From the NCBI GenBank assembly GCA_023387585.1, contig JAEWHZ010000091.1:10627-74626 (forward strand): 64,000 bases of DNA. Reading direction: 5' to 3'. Of the stretch, positions 60,818 to 64,000 are shown piece after piece. The DNA is from Pseudomonadota bacterium (GTDB taxonomy: Bacteria > Pseudomonadota > Alphaproteobacteria > Rhizobiales > Devosiaceae). A program made the translations under genes and the position numbers. The notes under the pieces were generated by a model. That model was not told the DNA's origin. It saw only the letters and a list, made by a program, of their open reading frames with translations, and did not search any database. Numbering within the stretch: position 1 is the stretch's first letter; every line of letters begins with the position of its first letter.

Positions 60818-62197
60818 CTATTTCCCCTTGGTTTTCGACTTTTCGGCCTTGCGCGCGGCGGCGCGGTCGAACACGTCGCGCCCCCTGCCCGGCTTGTTGA
60901 CCTGACGCGCCCGCCCGAGCGCCAGCGCATCGGGCTCGACATTCTCGGTGATGACGCTGCCGCTGGCGACTAGGGCGCCGGAACCGATCTCGACCGGCGC
61001 GACCAGCGCGCTGTTGGAGCCGATGAAGGCGCCGTCGGCGATGACGGTCTGGTGCTTGTTGAACCCGTCATAGTTCACGGTGATGACACCGGCGCCGATA
61101 TTGACGTCGGCGCCGACCTCGGCATCGCCGACATAGCTCAGATGGCTGATCTTGCTGGCCTTTCCGATATGGGCTTTCTTGATCTCGACGAAATTGCCGA
61201 CCTTCACCTTGGCGCCGAGATCGGCGCCGGGGCGCAGGCGCGCAAAGGGGCCGACCGAGGCATCGGGGCCGATATGGGCGCCCTCGATATGGCTGAAGGC
61301 ATGGATGACGGCGCCGGTCTCGATGCGCACGCCGGGGCCAAGCCAGACATTGGGCTCGACGGTCACGTCCGGGGCGATCTCGGTGTCGTAGGAGAAATAG
61401 ACGGTGTCCGGGTCGATCAGGGTGACGCCGGCACCCATCAGCTCGGCGCGGCGGCGCTGCTGGAACAGCTTTTCGGCGCGGGCCATCTGGGCGCGGTCGT
61501 TGACGCCGAGCACGTCGATCTCGGGGGCGACGCCGAAGCCGACGCTGCAGCCGGCCGCGTTGGCTAGCTCGACCATGTCGGTGAGATAGTATTCGCCCTG
61601 GGCGTTGTTGGAATCGAGCCGGTCGATCAGGCCGCGGAACACATCGGCGCGGAAGGCGAGGATGCAGGCGTTGCACAGGCCGATTTCACGTTCTTCGGGC
61701 GAGGCGTCCTTGTGCTCGCGGATGGCGAGAAGCCGGTCGCCACGGGTGAGGAGGCGGCCGTAACCCGTTGGATCCTCAGGCTCGAAACCGAGCACGGCGA
61801 CATCCATGCCGGCGCCGAGCCGGTCGAGCACCACGGAAAAATTCTCAGCGCGCAGAAGGGGATGATCACCATAGACCACGGCGATCCAGCCCTGAGCCTC
61901 CGACCAGAGCGGGCGGGCCATGGCGGCGGCGTGCCCGGTGCCGCGGCGCTCGGCCTGCTCGAAGAACTGCACATCCGGATCGATGGCGCGCATGGCGGTG
62001 CGGACGGCGTCGTGGCCCGGCCCGGTGACCATGGCGACCTGCGAGGAATCGGCCGCCCGGGCGGCGCGCAGGACATGGCCGACGATCGGCAGGCCGCCGA
62101 CCTCGTGCAGCACTTTGGGCTTCGCCGAGCGCATGCGGGTGCCCTCGCCTGCCGCCAGAATGACCGTTACCAGCTCCATGCCTTCGCGTTCCGTCAT
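60818..62197 (-). CDS. glmU: Bifunctional GlmU
   Basis: LAAGEGTRMRSAKPKVLH, GNFVEIKK, NYDGFNKH, hexapeptide repeats. Confidence 0.97.
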   Translation of the reverse strand: MTEREGMELVTVILAAGEGTRMRSAKPKVLHEVGGLPIVGHVLRAARAADSSQVAMVTGPGHDAVRTAMRAIDPDVQFFEQAERRGTGHAAAMARPLWSEAQGWIAVVYGDHPLLRAENFSVVLDRLGAGMDVAVLGFEPEDPTGYGRLLTRGDRLLAIREHKDASPEEREIGLCNACILAFRADVFRGLIDRLDSNNAQGEYYLTDMVELANAAGCSVGFGVAPEIDVLGVNDRAQMARAEKLFQQRRRAELMGAGVTLIDPDTVYFSYDTEIAPDVTVEPNVWLGPGVRIETGAVIHAFSHIEGAHIGPDASVGPFARLRPGADLGAKVKVGNFVEIKKAHIGKASKISHLSYVGDAEVGADVNIGAGVITVNYDGFNKHQTVIADGAFIGSNSALVAPVEIGSGALVASGSVITENVEPDALALGRARQVNKPGRGRDVFDRAAARKAEKSKTKGK

Positions 62198-62319
62198 CGC
62201 AGTCCCGCTCGATTTCTACAGCCTTATCGCACGCGATGGTTGGCGAACCGATAACTGGCACGGCAAACTGTCACGAAATGCTGCGGACGATTCGCGTCCG
62301 GCGCAAAAAGGCTTGTGGT

Positions 62320-63057
62320 TTGGCTAAGGCATCGGATCAGTTTCGGCAATCGGATGTGACGGCATGGGCCATCGTAGCGCTGGTCGCGGCGACGCTGGCG
62401 GTGCTGATCTCCAACATTTCCGCCGCTTTACCGGCGGGAGCGCTGGCGGCGCTGCATACGAGTCGCGTGGCGGGGACGAGCGTCGGGCAGTTGCGCGCTT
62501 CCGTCGGCAGCCTCGAGACCGAGCTGTCGCGCATCCGGCGGGAGAACGATCTGCTGACCGCCCGGCTGTCGATGATCGAGCAATCGGGTGGCGAGGCGAC
62601 GCGGCGGCTGGGGGCGCTGGAGGTGGCGCTGCCGCAAATGCTCGAAGCGGCGCGGGCACCGATTTTCGACGATGTTTCAACGGCTTCCATCCCCTCGCGC
62701 GGCGATTTGCGGCCGGCGGAGGGTGGATCGGTGCGCGTCGAGACCTCGCCGCTGTCGCTCGGATCGCCCAGCCAGCCGCGGCCGGAGCCGATTGCCGATG
62801 TCGCCTATGGGATCGCCGTGGGCTCGCGGATCGAGGCGGGCGAGGCCGGGACGGCCTGGGACGATCTGGTGATGAAGCTGGGGCCGCTTATGCTGGGGTT
62901 TTCGCCGCTGCTGGCCGAGGTTCCGGGGGGCGATGCGATGCGGATCATCGTCGGGCCGACGCGCGATCTTGCAGAGGCGACAGGGCTTTGCGGGCGTATT
63001 GAGCGGGTGGCGATCAGCTGCCAGCCGGTGCCCTATCTCGGCACGCCGCTGCCATGA
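62320..63057 (+). CDS. Membrane-anchored coiled-coil protein with SPOR-like C-terminus
   Basis: TM helix, coiled coil, RIIVGP...LCGRIERVAISC; TTG start inferred. Confidence 0.6.
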   Translation: MAKASDQFRQSDVTAWAIVALVAATLAVLISNISAALPAGALAALHTSRVAGTSVGQLRASVGSLETELSRIRRENDLLTARLSMIEQSGGEATRRLGALEVALPQMLEAARAPIFDDVSTASIPSRGDLRPAEGGSVRVETSPLSLGSPSQPRPEPIADVAYGIAVGSRIEAGEAGTAWDDLVMKLGPLMLGFSPLLAEVPGGDAMRIIVGPTRDLAEATGLCGRIERVAISCQPVPYLGTPLP

Positions 63058-63132
63058 TGCGGGGATTGTGCGTTGACAGCGGATCGTCAGCCACTATGTT
63101 CCGCGCCATTCCCGGGCGGGAGACCGCCACAG

Positions 63133-63207
63133 GCGCCGGTAGCTCAGCGGTAGAGCATTCGACTTTTAATCGAATGGTCGCGGGTTCGATCCCCGCCCGG
63201 CGTACCA
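63133..63207 (+). tRNA. tRNA-Lys(UUU)
   Basis: Cloverleaf with anticodon loop CTTTTAA, GTTCGATCC, CCA; TTGACA at 63073. Confidence 0.97.
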
Positions 63208-63234
63208 CTTTCCTCATTCGTACGGTGCAGCGAC

Positions 63235-63762
63235 GTGACCTCGGAAGTCATTGATCTGCTTAAGGTTATGCTGGTCTGCGCGCTGCTGATGGCGGCGGGC
63301 GCGGTGGTGCTTTTCGGCGGAGCGCACCTGGCGACGAATGCGGGATCGAGCATCGACTGGATCGCGGCGTTCGGGGGGATCGAGCCGCGGGCGGCGGTGC
63401 CGGTGCTGAGCGATATGCGCATGTGGGTGCTGGTCGGATCGGTGTTCATCGCCGCGGCCGGGCTGGCGCTGCTGGCGAGTTCGGCGACGCTCGACATGGG
63501 GGTGTCGCTGCTGGCCAAGGCGGTGGCGGTGCTGAGCGCGGCGCAGCTGGGAATCGTAGGCGGGGTATGGGTTTACCTGCGATTCGCGCATGGGATCGCC
63601 ATGGGGATCGAGGGGCTGAACCGGCTGGCGATCGTCCTGGTGGCGGCGGTGCTGTTTTCGAGCGTCTTGTCCAATGCCAGCCTGCGGCGGCTCGGATGGG
63701 GACGGCTGGCGGCGGGCCTGGGCATGATCGTCGCCGCGCCGCTGATTCTGGTATCAGTCTGA
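63235..63762 (+). CDS. Hypothetical membrane protein
   Basis: About 5 hydrophobic segments. Confidence 0.6.
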   Translation: MTSEVIDLLKVMLVCALLMAAGAVVLFGGAHLATNAGSSIDWIAAFGGIEPRAAVPVLSDMRMWVLVGSVFIAAAGLALLASSATLDMGVSLLAKAVAVLSAAQLGIVGGVWVYLRFAHGIAMGIEGLNRLAIVLVAAVLFSSVLSNASLRRLGWGRLAAGLGMIVAAPLILVSV

Positions 63763-63842
63763 ACGCCCGCGTTCAGAAATCCGCCATTGAAATCATTGGT
63801 GTTTTTCGATTCCATTCATGGCGCTGAACGCAATCTGAACGC

Positions 63843-64000
63843 TCAAAGCGTGACGATGAACGCGCCTTTCGGGGTGGCGACGACGGTGTGCTCGAACTGG
63901 ACGCAGGGGGCGGCCGGACTGGCGACGAGGGTCCAGGGATCGTCCTCATGCGCCTGCTCGGCCCAGCGCCCGCCGCGCGACAAAAAGGGCTCGACGGTGA
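63843..64000 (-). CDS. map: Methionine aminopeptidase C-terminus (truncated by window)
   Basis: TVEPFLSRGG...DPWTL...QFEHTVVATPKGAFIVTL*. Confidence 0.8.
   Translation of the reverse strand, partial: TVEPFLSRGGRWAEQAHEDDPWTLVASPAAPCVQFEHTVVATPKGAFIVTL

Noticed and set aside
63133..63207. tRNA-Lys as a second integration site
   Set aside because: No adjacent integrase or repeat of its 3' end seen in the window.

Overview
High-GC alphaproteobacterial chromosome segment (Hyphomicrobiales-like gene order; inferred). Host genes flank a ~27.1 kb integrative mobilisable element (IME) inserted at the 3' end of tRNA-Ser(UGA) and bounded by the 8-bp direct repeat TCCGCCAT (21067-21074 and 48197-48204). 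The left flank holds sugar-acid catabolism genes, gatB, pxpBCA and hrpB. The right flank holds terC, a ubi hydroxylase, mfd, recG, glmSU and tRNA-Lys. The IME carries a large serine recombinase, a defence cluster (Fic, type I RM, DUF262-HNH-HEPN, DUF4011 helicase-nuclease-GreA/B, Kiwa with a nonsense codon in kwaA), ardC, a small tyrosine recombinase, and mobC-relaxase-coupling protein, but no T4SS. Main finding: the att core lies inside the recombinase reading frame. When integrated, the last 35 codons are antisense tRNA. On excision they are swapped in frame for a 35-aa tail at the far end of the element, whose stop overlaps the mobC start (ATGA). Circularisation would therefore assemble a LexA-box-controlled, translationally coupled orf142-int-mobC-relaxase-T4CP operon. 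Second finding: a candidate ~140-bp invertible promoter beside the FimB/FimE-sized tyrosine recombinase. All family assignments come from motif recognition by eye; no searches were run.
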